From: Macrostomum lignano
Lineage: Eukaryota
DNA length: 64,000 nucleotides
Direction: 5' to 3'
NCBI GenBank assembly: GCA_002269645.1
Contig: NIVC01001332.1
Location: 1 to 64,000 of the forward strand
The notes beneath the pieces are model-generated. The model was not told the DNA's origin, did no database searches, and was given only the letters and a program-made list of their open reading frames with translations. Positions 37,901 through 52,900 of the stretch are shown piece after piece; the first letter of the stretch is position 1; each line of letters starts with the position of its first letter. Made by a program: the position numbers and the translations under genes.

Positions 37901-40900
37901 GCACCATGTAAAACATATAAGTGACTTTATGTCAAACATAAAAGAGCCACCATTTCGAACATTAAACAGCCACCATTTCGAACATTAAAGAGCCACCATG
38001 TCGACCATAAAAGAGCCACTATTTCGAACATCAAAGAGCCACTATGTCAAACATTTAGGAGCCACTTTTTCGAACATTAAAGAGCCACCATGTCAAACAT
38101 AAAAGAGCCAATATGTCAAACATAAAAGAGCCACCATGTCGAACATAAAAGAGCCACCATGTCGAACATAAAAGAGCCGCCATGTAAAACATTAAAGAGC
38201 CACCATGTGAAACATTAAAGAGCAACCATGTTAAACATTTAAGAGCCTTCGTGTCAAACCTAGAAGAGCCACCATGTCGAACATAACAGAGCTACCATGT
38301 CAAACATTAAAGAGCCACCATGTCAAACATTCAAAAGCCACATTGTCATACATTAAAGAGCCATTATGTCGTACATTAAAGAGCCACCATTTCGAACATT
38401 AAAGAGCCACCATATCGAACATAAAAGAGCCACTATTTTGAACATTAAAGAGCCACCATTTCAAACATAAAAGAGCCAACATGTCGAACATTAAAGAGCT
38501 ACCATGTCAAACCTAAACGAGCCAACATGTCTAATATTTCAAGAGGCACCATGTAAAACATATAAGTGACTTTATGTCAAACATAAAAGAGCCACCATTT
38601 CGAACATTAAACAGCTACCATTTCGAACATTAAAGAGCCACCATGTCAAAAATAAAAGAGCCACTATTTCGAACATCAAAGAGCCACTATGTCAAACATT
38701 TAGGAGCCACTTTTTCGAACATTAAAGAGCCACCATGTCAAACATAAAAGAGCCAACATGTCAAACATAAAAGAGCCAACATGTCAAACATAAACAGCCA
38801 CCATGTCAAACATTTAAGAGCCACCATGTCAAACATATATGTGACTTTGTGTTAAACATTAAAGAGTCACCATTTCAAACATTAAAGAGCCACCATGTCA
38901 AACATGAAAGAGCTATAACATGAAGAATATTAAAGAGCCACCATGTCGAACATAAAAGAGCCGCCTTGTAAAATAACAAAGAGCTAGCATGTTAAACATA
39001 AAAGAGCCACCATGTAAAACATTAAAGAGCCATTATGTCGTACATTAAAGAGCCACCATGTGAAACATAACAGAGCTACCATGTCAAACATTAAAGAGCC
39101 ACCATGTCAAACATTCAAAAGCCACATTGTCAAACATTAAAGAGCCATTATGTCGTACATTAAAGAGCCACCATTTCGAACATTAAGGAGCCACCATGTC
39201 AAAAATTTAAAAGCCACCTTGTCAAACATTAAATAGCCACTTTGTCGAACATTAAAGAGCCACTGTGTCAAACATAAAAGAGCCACTGTTTCAAACATAA
39301 AAGAGCCACCATGTAAAACATAAAAGAGCCACCATGTCTGACATTAAAAAGCCATCGTTTCAAACATAAAACAGTTGCCATGTAGAACATAAAACAGCCA
39401 CCATGTCAAACATAAAATTTACACAATTTCAAACATAAAAGTAAGCGAATTTTAAAGGAGCCACTATAATGCTAAGGAAATTGTAGCACTAGCTACTTAT
39501 TGTCTGGTGGATGCTTGCTATTTGGGGATGCTATCTATGTAGGGGATGCTTGCTATCTGGCGGATGCTTGCTATCTGGGGGATGCTTGCTATCTGGGGGA
39601 TGCTTGCTATCCGGGGGTTGCTTGTAATCTGGAAGATGCTTGCTATCTGGGGGATGCTTGCTGTCTTGGGATGATTTCTTTTTGCATTGCACTTCCTTTG
39701 AGTACTTTGTCTGTTTTCTTTGTGAAGGCCTTTTTTGGCTATCTTTTTGTTACTTGTAGAGAACAGAGGTTCTATACAGATGTCCCCAACGGGGGGCAAA
39801 GATTGCTAGTCCTATATACTAAAAATGAAATGTCTGTATATGGGTATGCGATAGATTTCAGAAAAATTGGCTCAACTGATTTTCTTCAAACTTGCACCAT
39901 TTGATCAGAAATTTTCCTGGGACGGTACATGCATCTTGGCTAAAAAATTGCTCAATTTTAAAGGAATTAAATATTCGAAAAACATGCTTTTTTGCAAAGG
40001 TCAAGCAGCTCTTTCGACCTGGAATGCATTGGAAGAATGCTAGAGAAAAAACTGACTGGCTGAATTCCGATTGTAATAAAGATTGCATCACAACAATTTG
40101 AAAACGGTGTCGAAGAAATGCACACCCGACTTGATTAAAATTGCGTAACCATATTGCTAACTTAAATTGAGACTGATACTGGCTGACTGAGAAATTGATT
40201 ATGTCATAACTTTCTACTCCAATTGACTTGCTGTAAGAATTGAATTATAAGGGCCACAATTCATGTTCTCCAAATCAAAAGAGATAGCCCAGATGCGAAC
40301 AGACTGGGATGCTAAAGTAGTGAACTGGGTTCGAATCTTAGTAGTGCAAAAAGATTTTTTTATTAAAACACATTAAAAACACAAAACTGCTAAACATAAA
40401 AGAAGCACAATGTCAAACATAGAAGAGCCACCATATTGAACATTAAAGAGCCACCATGTCGAACATTAAAGAGTCACCATGTCGAACATTAAAGAGCCAC
40501 CATGTCAAGCATAAAAGAGCCACCATGTCAAGCATATAAGAGCCACCATGTCAAACATTAAAGAGCCACCATGTCAAAAACTAAAAAGCCACCATGTCTA
40601 ACATTAAAGAGCCACCATGTAAAACATTTACGTGACTCCATGCCAAATATATACGTGACTCCATGTCACACATAAAAGAGCCACCATGTAAAACATATAC
40701 ATATGACTCCATAACAAACATTAAACAGCCACCATGTCGAACATTAAAGAGCCATCATGTCAAACATAAGAGAGCCACCATGTTGAACATTAAAGAGCCA
40801 CTATGTCAAACATTAAAGAGCCACCATGTCAAACATATACGTGACTCCATGCCAAATATATACATGACTCCATGCCAAACACATACATGACTCCATGTCA

Positions 40901-43900
40901 AACATTAAAGAGCCACCATGTCACACATTAAAGAGCCAACATGTCAAACATTAAAGAGCCACCATGTAAAGCATATATGTGACTCCATGCCAAATATATA
41001 CATGACTCCATGTCTAACACATACGTGACTCCATGTCAAACATTAAAGAGCCACCCTGTCGAACGTTAAAGAGCCACAATGTCGAACATTTAAGAGCCAC
41101 AATGTAGAACATTAAAGAGCCACAATGTTGAACATTAAAGAGGCATGATGTCAAACATCAAAAAGCCATCATGTCAAACAATAAGGAGCCACAATGTAGA
41201 ACATTAAAGAGCCACCATGTCGAACATTAAAGAGCCACCATGTCAAACATTAAAGAGCCACCAGGTCAAACATGAAAGTGCCACCATGTAAAACATTAAA
41301 GAGCCACCATGTCAAACATATACGTAACTCCATGTCAAACATTGAAGAGACCCCATGTCAAACATTAAAGAGCCACCATGTCTAACATTAAAGAGCCACC
41401 ATGTCCAACATTAAAGAGCCACCATGTCAAAAATTAAAGAGCCACCATGTCAAACATTAAAGAGCCACCATGTCAAACATTAAAGAGCCACTATGTCAAA
41501 CATAAAAGAGCCACCTTTTTGAACATTAAAGAGCCACCATGTCAAACATAATAGAGCCAATATGTCAAACATTAAAAAGCCACTTTGTCAAACATAGAAG
41601 AGCTCCAATGTCAAACATAGAAGAGCCCCCATGTCAAACATAGAAGAGCCCCCATGTCAAACATAGAAGAGCCCCATGTCAAACATAGAAGAGCCACCAT
41701 GTCAGACATTGAAAAGCCACCGTATCAAACATAAAAGAGTTACCATGTACGAGCGTAGAACAAAAAAGAGCCACAATGTATAACATAAAAGAGCCAAAAT
41801 GTATAACATAAAAGAGCCACCCTGTTAAACATAAAAGATACACAATTTCAAACGTAAAAGTAAGCGAATTTTAAAGGAGCCGCTATAATGCTAAGGAAAT
41901 TGTCGCACTAGCTACTTATTGTCTGGTGGATGCTTACTATTTGGGGATGCTATCTATCTTGGGGATGCTTGCTATCTGGGGATGCTTGCGATCTTGGGGA
42001 TGCTTGCTATCTGGGGATGCTTGCTATCTGGGGGATGCTTGCTATCTGGGGGATGCTTGCTATCTGGGGGATGCTTGCTATCTTGGGGATGCTTGCTATC
42101 TGGGGGATGCTTGCTATCTTGGGGATGCTTGCTATCTTGGGGATGCTTGCTATTTGGGGGATGCTTGCTATCTGGGGGATGCTTGCTATCTTGGAGATGC
42201 TTGCTATCTGGGGGATGCTTGCTATCTGGGGGATGCTTGCTATCTGGGGGATGCTTGCTATCTGGGGATGCTTGCTATCTGGGGGATGCTTGCTATCTGG
42301 GGGATGCTTGCTATCTGGGGGATGCTTGCTTTCTGGGGGATGCTTGCTATCTGGGGGATGCTTGCTATCTTGGGGATGCTTGCTATCTGGGGGATGCTTG
42401 CTATCTTGGGGATTCTTGCTATCTTGGGGATGCTTGCGGTCTTGGGATGATTTCTTTTTGCAATGCACTTTATTTGAGCAGTTTGTCTGTTGTCTTTTTG
42501 TAGGATTTTTGGCTGTCTTTTTGTTACTTGTAGAGAACAGAAGTTCTATCCAGATGTCCCCCATCGGGGGGGGGGGGGGGCGAAGATTGCTAGTCCTATA
42601 TACTGAAAATGAGTTGTCTGTATGTGGGTAGGTAGGTATGCGATAGATTTCAGAAAAAATGGCTCAACCGATTTTCTTCAAACTTGCACCATTTGATCAG
42701 AAATTTTCCTGGGACGGTACATGCATCTTGGCTAAGAAATTGCTCAATGTTAAAAGGATTAAATATTCGAAAAAACATGCTTTTTTGCAAAGGTCAAGCA
42801 AAATTTTCGACTTGAAATGCATTGTAAGAATGCTAGAGAAAAAATTTGAGCAGTTTGTCTGTTGTCTTTTTGTAGGATTTTTGGCTGTCTTTTTGTTACT
42901 TGTAGAGAACAGAAGTTCTATCCAGATGTCCCCCATCGGGGGGGGCGAAGATTGCTAGTCCTATATACTGAAAATGAGTTGTCTGTATGTGGGTAGGTAG
43001 GTATGCGATAGATTTCAGAAAAAATGGCTCAACCAATTTTCTTCAAACCTGCACCATTTGATCAGAAATTTTCCTGGGACGGTACATGCATCTTGGCTAA
43101 GAAATTGCTCAATGTTAAAGGGATTAAATATTCGAAAAACCTGCTTTTTTGCAAAGGTCAAGCAGCTCTTTCGACCTAAAATTCATTGTAAGAATGCTAG
43201 AGAAAAAACTGACTGGCTGAATTCCGATTGTGATAAAGATTGCATCACAACAAGTTGAAAACAGTGCCGAAGAAATGCACACACGACTTGATTTAAATTG
43301 CGTAACCAATATTACTAACTCAAATTGAGACTGATACTGGCTGACTGAGAAATTGATTATGTCATAACTTTTTACTTCAATTGACTTGCTGTAAGAATTG
43401 AATTATAAGGGCCACAATTCACGTTCTCCAATTGGAAAGATATAGCCAAGATGCGAACAGACTGGAATGCTAATGTAGCGACATGGGTTCGAATCTTAGT
43501 AGTGCAAAAAGATTTTTTTTATCAAAACACCTTAAAAACACAACAAAACTGCTAAACATAATAGAAGCGCAATGTCAAACAACGAAGAGCCACCATGTCG
43601 AACATTATAGAGCCAACATTTCGAATATAAAAGAGTTACCATGTCAAACATAAAATAAGCACTATGTCAAACATATACGTGACTCCATGTTAACGATTAA
43701 AAAGCCACCATTTCAAACATAGAAGAGCCACTATGTCAAACCTAAACAAGCCACCACGTCTAACATTTAAGAGCCACCATGTCAAACATTTAAGAGCCAC
43801 CATGTCAAACATTAAAGAGCCCCCATGTCAAACATTTAAGAGCCACCATGTCAAACATTTAAGAGCCACCATGTCAAACATATATGTGACTTTATGTCAA

Positions 43901-46900
43901 ACTTTAAAGAGCCACCATTTCGAACATCAAATAGCCACTTTGTCGAAAATTAAAGAGCCACCGTGTCAAACATAGAAGAGCCACCATGTTAAACATAGAA
44001 GAGCCACCATGTCAGACATTAAAAAGCCACCGTATCAAACATAAAAGAGTTACCATGTAGAACAAATAACAGCCACCATGTCGAACATAAAAGAGCCAAC
44101 ATGTAGAATATTAAAGAGCCACCATGAAGAACATTAAAGAGCCACCATGTCAAACATAAAAGAGCCACCATGTCAGACATTAAAAAGCCACCGTATCAAA
44201 CATAAAAGAGTTACCATGTAGAACATTAAAGAGCCACCATTTCAAACAGTAAAGAGCCACCATGTCAAACATAAAAGAGCCACCATGTCAAACATAAAAG
44301 TGCCACCATGTCAAACTTTAAAGAGCCACCATGGCGAACTTTAAAAAGCCACCATGTCAAACATAAAAGTGCCACCATGTCAAACATTAAAGAGCCACCA
44401 TGTCGAACATTAAAGAGCCACCATGTCAAACACTAAAGAGTCACCATGGCGAACATTAAAGAGCCACCATGGCGAACATTAAAGAGCCACCATGTCAAAC
44501 ATAAAAGAGCCACCATGTCAAACATTAAAAGTCACCATGCTAAACATTAAAGAGCCACCATATCAAGCATAAAAGAGCCACCATGTCAAACCTAAAAGAG
44601 CCATCATGTCAAACATAAAAGAGCCAACATGTCAAACATAAAACAGCCAACATGTCAAACATAAAGAGCCACCATGTCAAACATTTAAGAGCCACCATGT
44701 CAAACATATATGTGACTTTGTGTCAAACATTAAAGAGCCACCTTTTCGAACATTAAAGAGCCACCATTTCGAACATTAAAGAGCCACCATGTCAAACATG
44801 AAAGAGCTATAACATGAAGAATATTAAAGAGCCACCATGTCGAACATTTAGGAGCCACCATGTTAAACCTAAAGAGCCACCATGTTAAACTAAAAGAGCC
44901 ACCATGTTAAACCTAAAAGAGCCACCATGTTAAACCTAAAAGAGCCATCATGTTAAACCTAACAGAGCCATCATGTCAAACCTAAAAGAGCCACCATGTC
45001 GAACATTTAAGAGCCACAATGTAAAATATTAAAGAGCCACCATTTCGAACATATAAGTGACTTTATGTCAAACATTAAAGAGCCACCATGTTAAACATAA
45101 AAGAGCCACCATGTAGAATATTAAAGAGCCACTATGTTGAACATTAAACAGCCATCATGTCAAACCTAAAAGATCCACCATTTCGAACACTTAAGAGCCA
45201 CAATGTAGAATATTAAAGAGCTACCATGTCAAACATTTAAGAGCCACCATGTAAAACATTAAAGAGCCACCATTTGAAACATTAAAGAGTCACCATGTCA
45301 AACATTAAGGAGCCACCATGTCAACATTTAAGAGCCACCATGTCAAACCTAAAAGAGCCACCATGTCAAACATAAAAGAGCCACCATGTCAAACATAAAA
45401 GAGCCACTATGTCAAACATAAAAGAGCCACCATGAAAACATTAAAGAGCCACTTTCTCGAACATTAAAGAGCCACCATGTCAAACATTTAAGAGCCACCA
45501 TGTCAATATATATGTGTCTTATGTCAAACATTAAAGAGCCACCATTTCGAACATTAGGAGCCACCATGTCAAACATTTAAAAAGCCTCCTTTTGAAACAT
45601 TAAATAGCCACTTTGTCGAACATTAAAGAGCCACTGTGTCAAACATAAAAGAGCCACTGTTTCAAACATAAAAGAGCCACCAGGTTAAACATTAAAGAGC
45701 CACCATGTCAAACATAAAAGAGCCACCATGTTAAACATAAAAGAGCACCATGTCTGACATTAAAAAGCCATCGTTTCAAACATAAAACAGTTGCCATGTA
45801 GAACATAAAACAGCCACCATGTCAAACATAAAATTTACACAATTTCAAACATAAAAGTAAGCGAATTTTAAAGGAGCCACTATAATGCTAAGGAAATTGT
45901 CGCACTAGCTACTTATTGTCTGGTGGATGCTTGCTATTTGGGGATGCTATCTATGTAGGGGATGCTTGCTATCTGGGGGATGCTTGCTATCTGGGGATGC
46001 TTGCTATCTGGGGGATGCTTGCTATCTGGGGGATGCTTGCTTTCTTGGGATGATTTCTTTTTGCATTGCACTTCCTTTGAGTATTTTGTCTGTTTTCTTT
46101 GTGAAGGCCTTTTTTGGCTATCTTTTTGTTACTTGTAGAGAACAGAGGTTCTATACAGATGTCCCCCAAAGGGGGGCGAAGATTGCTAGTCCTATATACT
46201 GAAAATGAGTTGTCTGTATGTGGGTAGGTAGGTATGCGATAGATTTCAGAAAAAAATGGCTCAACCGATTTTCTTCAAACTTGCACCATTTGATCAGAAA
46301 ATTTCCTGGGACGGTACATGCATCTTGGCTAAGAAATTGCTCAATGTTAAAAGGATTAAATATTCGAAAAACATGCTTTTTTGCAAAGGTCAAGCAAAAT
46401 TTTCGACTTGAAATGCATTGTAAGAATGCTAGAGAAAAAACTGACTGGCTGAATTCCGATTGTGATAAAGATTGCATCACAACAAGTTGAAAACAGTGTC
46501 AAAGAAATGCACACACGACTTGATTTAAATTGCGTAACCATATTGCCAACTTAAATTGAGACTGATTCTGGCTGACTGAGAAATTGATTATGTCATAACT
46601 TTTACTCCAATTGACTTGCTGTAAGAATTGAATTATAAGGGCCACAATTCGTGTTCTCCAATTGAAAAAGATAGCCCAGATGCGAACAGACTGGAATGCT
46701 AATGTAGCGACCTGGGTTCGAATCTTAGTAGTGCAAAAAAGATTTTTTTTTATTAAAACACCTTAAAAACACAAAACTTCTAAACATAAAAGAAGCGCAA
46801 TGTCAAACATAGAAAAGCCACCATGTCGAACATAAAAGAGCCAACATATCGAATATTAAAGAGCCACCATGTCAAACCTAAACGAGCCACCATGTCTAAT

Positions 46901-49900
46901 ATTTAAGAGGCACCATGTAAAACATATAAGTGACTTTATGTCAAACATAAAAGAGCCACCATTTCGAACATTAAACAGCCACCATTTCGAACATTAAAGA
47001 GCCACCATGTCGACCATAAAAGAGCCACTATTTCGAACATCAAAGAGCCACTATGTCAAACATTTAGGAGCCACTTTTTCGAACATTAAAGAGCCACCAT
47101 GTCAAACATAAAAGAGCCAATATGTCAAACATAAAAGAGCCACCATGTCGAACATAAAAGAGCCACCATGTCGAACATAAAAGAGCCGCCATGTAAAACA
47201 TTAAAGAGCCACCATGTGAAACATTAAAGAGCAACCATGTTAAACATTTAAGAGCCTTCGTGTCAAACCTAGAAGAGCCACCATGTCGAACATAACAGAG
47301 CTACCATGTCAAACATTAAAGAGCCACCATGTCAAACATTCAAAAGCCACATTGTCATACATTAAAGAGCCATTATGTCGTACATTAAAGAGCCACCATT
47401 TCGAACATTAAAGAGCCACCATATCGAACATAAAAGAGCCACTATTTTGAACATTAAAGAGCCACCATTTCAAACATAAAAGAGCCAACATGTCGAACAT
47501 TAAAGAGCTACCATGTCAAACCTAAACGAGCCAACATGTCTAATATTTCAAGAGGCACCATGTAAAACATATAAGTGACTTTATGTCAAACATAAAAGAG
47601 CCACCATTTCGAACATTAAACAGCTACCATTTCGAACATTAAAGAGCCACCATGTCAAAAATAAAAGAGCCACTATTTCGAACATCAAAGAGCCACTATG
47701 TCAAACATTTAGGAGCCACTTTTTCGAACATTAAAGAGCCACCATGTCAAACATAAAAGAGCCAACATGTCAAACATAAAAGAGCCAACATGTCAAACAT
47801 AAACAGCCACCATGTCAAACATTTAAGAGCCACCATGTCAAACATATATGTGACTTTGTGTTAAACATTAAAGAGTCACCATTTCAAACATTAAAGAGCC
47901 ACCATGTCAAACATGAAAGAGCTATAACATGAAGAATATTAAAGAGCCACCATGTCGAACATAAAAGAGCCGCCTTGTAAAATAACAAAGAGCTAGCATG
48001 TTAAACATAAAAGAGCCACCATGTAAAACATTAAAGAGCCATTATGTCGTACATTAAAGAGCCACCATGTGAAACATAACAGAGCTACCATGTCAAACAT
48101 TAAAGAGCCACCATGTCAAACATTCAAAAGCCACATTGTCAAACATTAAAGAGCCATTATGTCGTACATTAAAGAGCCACCATTTCGAACATTAAGGAGC
48201 CACCATGTCAAAAATTTAAAAGCCACCTTGTCAAACATTAAATAGCCACTTTGTCGAACATTAAAGAGCCACTGTGTCAAACATAAAAGAGCCACTGTTT
48301 CAAACATAAAAGAGCCACCATGTAAAACATAAAAGAGCCACCATGTCTGACATTAAAAAGCCATCGTTTCAAACATAAAACAGTTGCCATGTAGAACATA
48401 AAACAGCCACCATGTCAAACATAAAATTTACACAATTTCAAACATAAAAGTAAGCGAATTTTAAAGGAGCCACTATAATGCTAAGGAAATTGTAGCACTA
48501 GCTACTTATTGTCTGGTGGATGCTTGCTATTTGGGGATGCTATCTATGTAGGGGATGCTTGCTATCTGGCGGATGCTTGCTATCTGGGGGATGCTTGCTA
48601 TCTGGGGGATGCTTGCTATCCGGGGGTTGCTTGTAATCTGGAAGATGCTTGCTATCTGGGGGATGCTTGCTGTCTTGGGATGATTTCTTTTTGCATTGCA
48701 CTTCCTTTGAGTACTTTGTCTGTTTTCTTTGTGAAGGCCTTTTTTGGCTATCTTTTTGTTACTTGTAGAGAACAGAGGTTCTATACAGATGTCCCCCAAC
48801 GGGGGGCAAAGATTGCTAGTCCTATATACTAAAAATGAAATGTCTGTATATGGGTATGCGATAGATTTCAGAAAAATTGGCTCAACTGATTTTCTTCAAA
48901 CTTGCACCATTTGATCAGAAATTTTCCTGGGACGGTACATGCATCTTGGCTAAAAAATTGCTCAATTTTAAAGGAATTAAATATTCGAAAAACATGCTTT
49001 TTTGCAAAGGTCAAGCAGCTCTTTCGACCTGGAATGCATTGGAAGAATGCTAGAGAAAAAACTGACTGGCTGAATTCCGATTGTAATAAAGATTGCATCA
49101 CAACAATTTGAAAACGGTGTCGAAGAAATGCACACCCGACTTGATTAAAATTGCGTAACCATATTGCTAACTTAAATTGAGACTGATACTGGCTGACTGA
49201 GAAATTGATTATGTCATAACTTTCTACTCCAATTGACTTGCTGTAAGAATTGAATTATAAGGGCCACAATTCATGTTCTCCAAATCAAAAGAGATAGCCC
49301 AGATGCGAACAGACTGGGATGCTAAAGTAGCGACCTGGGTTCGAATCTTATTAGTGCAAAAAGATTTTTTTATTAAAACACATTAAAAACACAAAACTGC
49401 TAAACATAAAAGAAGCACAATGTCAAACATAGAAGAGCCACCATATTGAACATTAAAGAGCCACCATGTCGAACATTAAAGAGTCACCATGTCGAACATT
49501 AAAGAGCCACCATGTCAAAAACTAAAAAGCCACCATGTCTAACATTAAAGAGCCACCATGTAAAACATTTACGTGACTCCATGCCAAATATATACGTGAC
49601 TCCATGTCACACATAAAAGAGCCACCATGTAAAACATATACATATGACTCCATAACAAACATTAAACAGCCACCATGTCGAACATTAAAGAGCCATCATG
49701 TCAAACATAAGAGAGCCACCATGTTGAACATTAAAGAGCCACTATGTCAAACATTAAAGAGCCACCATGTCAAAAACTAAAAAGCCACCATGTCTAACAT
49801 TAAAGAGCCACCATGTAAAACATTTACGTGACTCCATGCCAAATATATACGTGACTCCATGTCACACATAAAAGAGCCACCATGTAAAACATATACATAT

Positions 49901-52900
49901 GACTCCATAACAAACATTAAACAGCCACCATGTCGAACATTAAAGAGCCATCATGTCAAACATAAGAGAGCCACCATGTTGAACATTAAAGAGCCACTAT
50001 GTCAAACATTAAAGAGCCACCATGTCAAACATATACGTGACTCCATGCCAAATATATACATGACTCCATGCCAAACACATACATGACTCCATGTCAAACA
50101 TTAAAGAGCCACCATGTCACACATTAAAGAGCCAACATGTCAAACATTAAAGAGCCACCATGTAAAGCATATATGTGACTCCATGCCAAATATATACATG
50201 ACTCCATGTCTAACACATACGTGACTCCATGTCAAACATTAAAGAGCCACCCTGTCGAACGTTAAAGAGCCACAATGTCGAACATTTAAGAGCCACAATG
50301 TAGAACATTAAAGAGCCACAATGTTGAACATTAAAGAGGCATGATGTCAAACATCAAAAAGCCATCATGTCAAACAATAAGGAGCCACAATGTAGAACAT
50401 TAAAGAGCCACCATGTCGAACATTAAAGAGCCACCATGTCGAACATTAAAGAGCCACAATATTTAGAACATTAAAGAGCCACAATATTTAGAACATTAAA
50501 GAGCCACAATGTCAAACATAAAAGAGCCACCATGTCGAAGATTAAAGAGCCACAATGTAGAGCATTAAAGAGCCACAATGTAAAGCATTAAAGAGCCACC
50601 ATGTAGAACATTAAAGAGCCACAGTGTCAAATATTAAAGAGCCACTATGTCAAACATAAAAGAGCCACCATGTCGAACATTAAAGAGCCACAATATTTAG
50701 AACACTAAAGAGCCACAATATTTAGAACATTAAAGAGCCACAATGTCAAACATAAAAGAGCCACCATGTCGAAGATTAAAGAGCCACAGTGTCAAATATT
50801 AAAGAGCCACTATGTCAAACATAAAAGAGCCACCATGTAAAGCAAATACGTGACTCCATGTCTAACACATACGTGACTCCATGTCAAACATTAAAGAGCC
50901 TCCATGTAGAACATTAAAGAGCCACCCTGTCTAACGTTAAAGAGCCACAATGTAGAACATTAAAGAGCCGCAATGTAGAACATTAAAGAGCTATGATGTC
51001 AAACATTAAAAAGCCATCATGTCAAACAATAAAGAGTCACAATGTAGAACATTAAAGAGCCACAATGTCAAACATTAAAGAGCGATCATTTCAAACAATA
51101 AAGAGCCACCATGTAGAACATTAAAAAGCCACCATGTAGAGCATTAAAGAGCCACAATGTAGAGCATTAAAGAGCCACCATGTAGAACATTAAAGAGCCA
51201 CCATGTAGAGCATTAAAGAGCCACAATTTCGAACAATAAAGAGCCACCATGTCGAACATTAAAGAGCCACCATGTCAAACATTAAAGAGCCACCATGTAA
51301 AACATTAAAGAGTCACCATGTCAAATATTAAAGAGCCACAATGTAAAACATTAAAGAGCCACAACGTCAAATATTAAAGAGCACAATGTAGAACATTAAA
51401 GAACCTCCATGTAGAACATTAAAGAGCCACCATGTCAAACATTAAAGAGCCATCATGTCAAACAATAAGGAGCCACAATGTAGAACATTAAAGAGCCACC
51501 ATGTCGAACATTAAAGAGCCACCATGTCGAACATTAAAGATCCACAATATTTAGAACATTAAAGAGCCACAATATTTAGAACATTAAAGAGCCACAATGT
51601 CAAACATTAAAGAGCCACCATGTCGAAGATTAAAGAGCCACAATGTAGAGCATTAAAGAGCCACAATGTAGAGCATTAAAGAGCCACCATGTAGAACATT
51701 AAAGAGCCACAGTGTCAAATATTAAAGAGCCACTATGTCAAACATAAAAGAGCCACCATGTCAAACATTAAATAGCCACCATGTCAAACATTAAAGAGCC
51801 ACCATATCGAACACTAAAGAGCCACCATGTCAAACATATATGTGACTCCATGTCAAATATATACGTGACTCCATGTCACACACAAAAGAGCCCATATACA
51901 CACTCCATATACATATGACTCCATAACAAAAATTAAACAGCCACCATGTCGAACATTAAAGAGCCATCATGCCAAACATAAAAGAGCCACCATGTCAAAC
52001 ATTAAAGAGCCACTATGTCAAACATTAAAAAGCCACCATGTCAAACATTAAAGAGCCACCATGTCACACACTAAAGAGCCAACATGTCAAACATTAGAGC
52101 CACCATATAAAGCATATATGTGACTCCATGCCAAATATATACATGACTCCATGTCTAACACATACGTGACTCCATGTCAAACATTAAAGAGCCACCATGT
52201 CGAACATTAAAAAGCCACCATGTTGAACATTAAAGAGCCACCATGTCAAACAGTAAAGAGCCACGATGTCCAACATAGAAGAGCTACCAAGTTAGACATA
52301 GAAGAGCCACCATGTGAAACATATATGTGACTCCATGTCAAACATTAAAGAGCCACCGTTTCTAACATTAAGGAGCCACCATGACAAACATAAAACTGGC
52401 ACGATGTCAAACATTAAAGAGCCACCATGTAGAACATTAAAGAGTCACCATGCCAAACATTAAAAAGCCACGAATTCAAAAATAAAATAGCCACCATTTC
52501 AAACACAGGAGAGACATTTTCAAACGTAATAAGAAGCCTCATGCCAATCATAAAGCAGCCCCTAGAAAGCTAAGGAAATGTTGCACTATATACTTTTTGT
52601 CTGGTGGATGCTTTCCATTTAAGGATAGATACTTGCAATCAATTGGATGCTTGCTATCTGGGGGTTCTTTCTATCTGGGGTGCTTGCGATCTGAGGGATG
52701 CTTGCTATCTGGGGGTGCTTGCTATCTGGGGGTGCTTGCTATCTGGGGGGGGGGAGGGGGATGCTTGCTGTCTTGGGATGCTTTCTTTTTGCATTGTGCT
52801 TCATTTGAGCAGTTTTTCTGTTGTCTTTGTAAAGACTCTATTTGGCTGTCTTTTTGTTACTTGTAGAGAACAGAAGTTCTATCCAGATGTCCCCCATCGG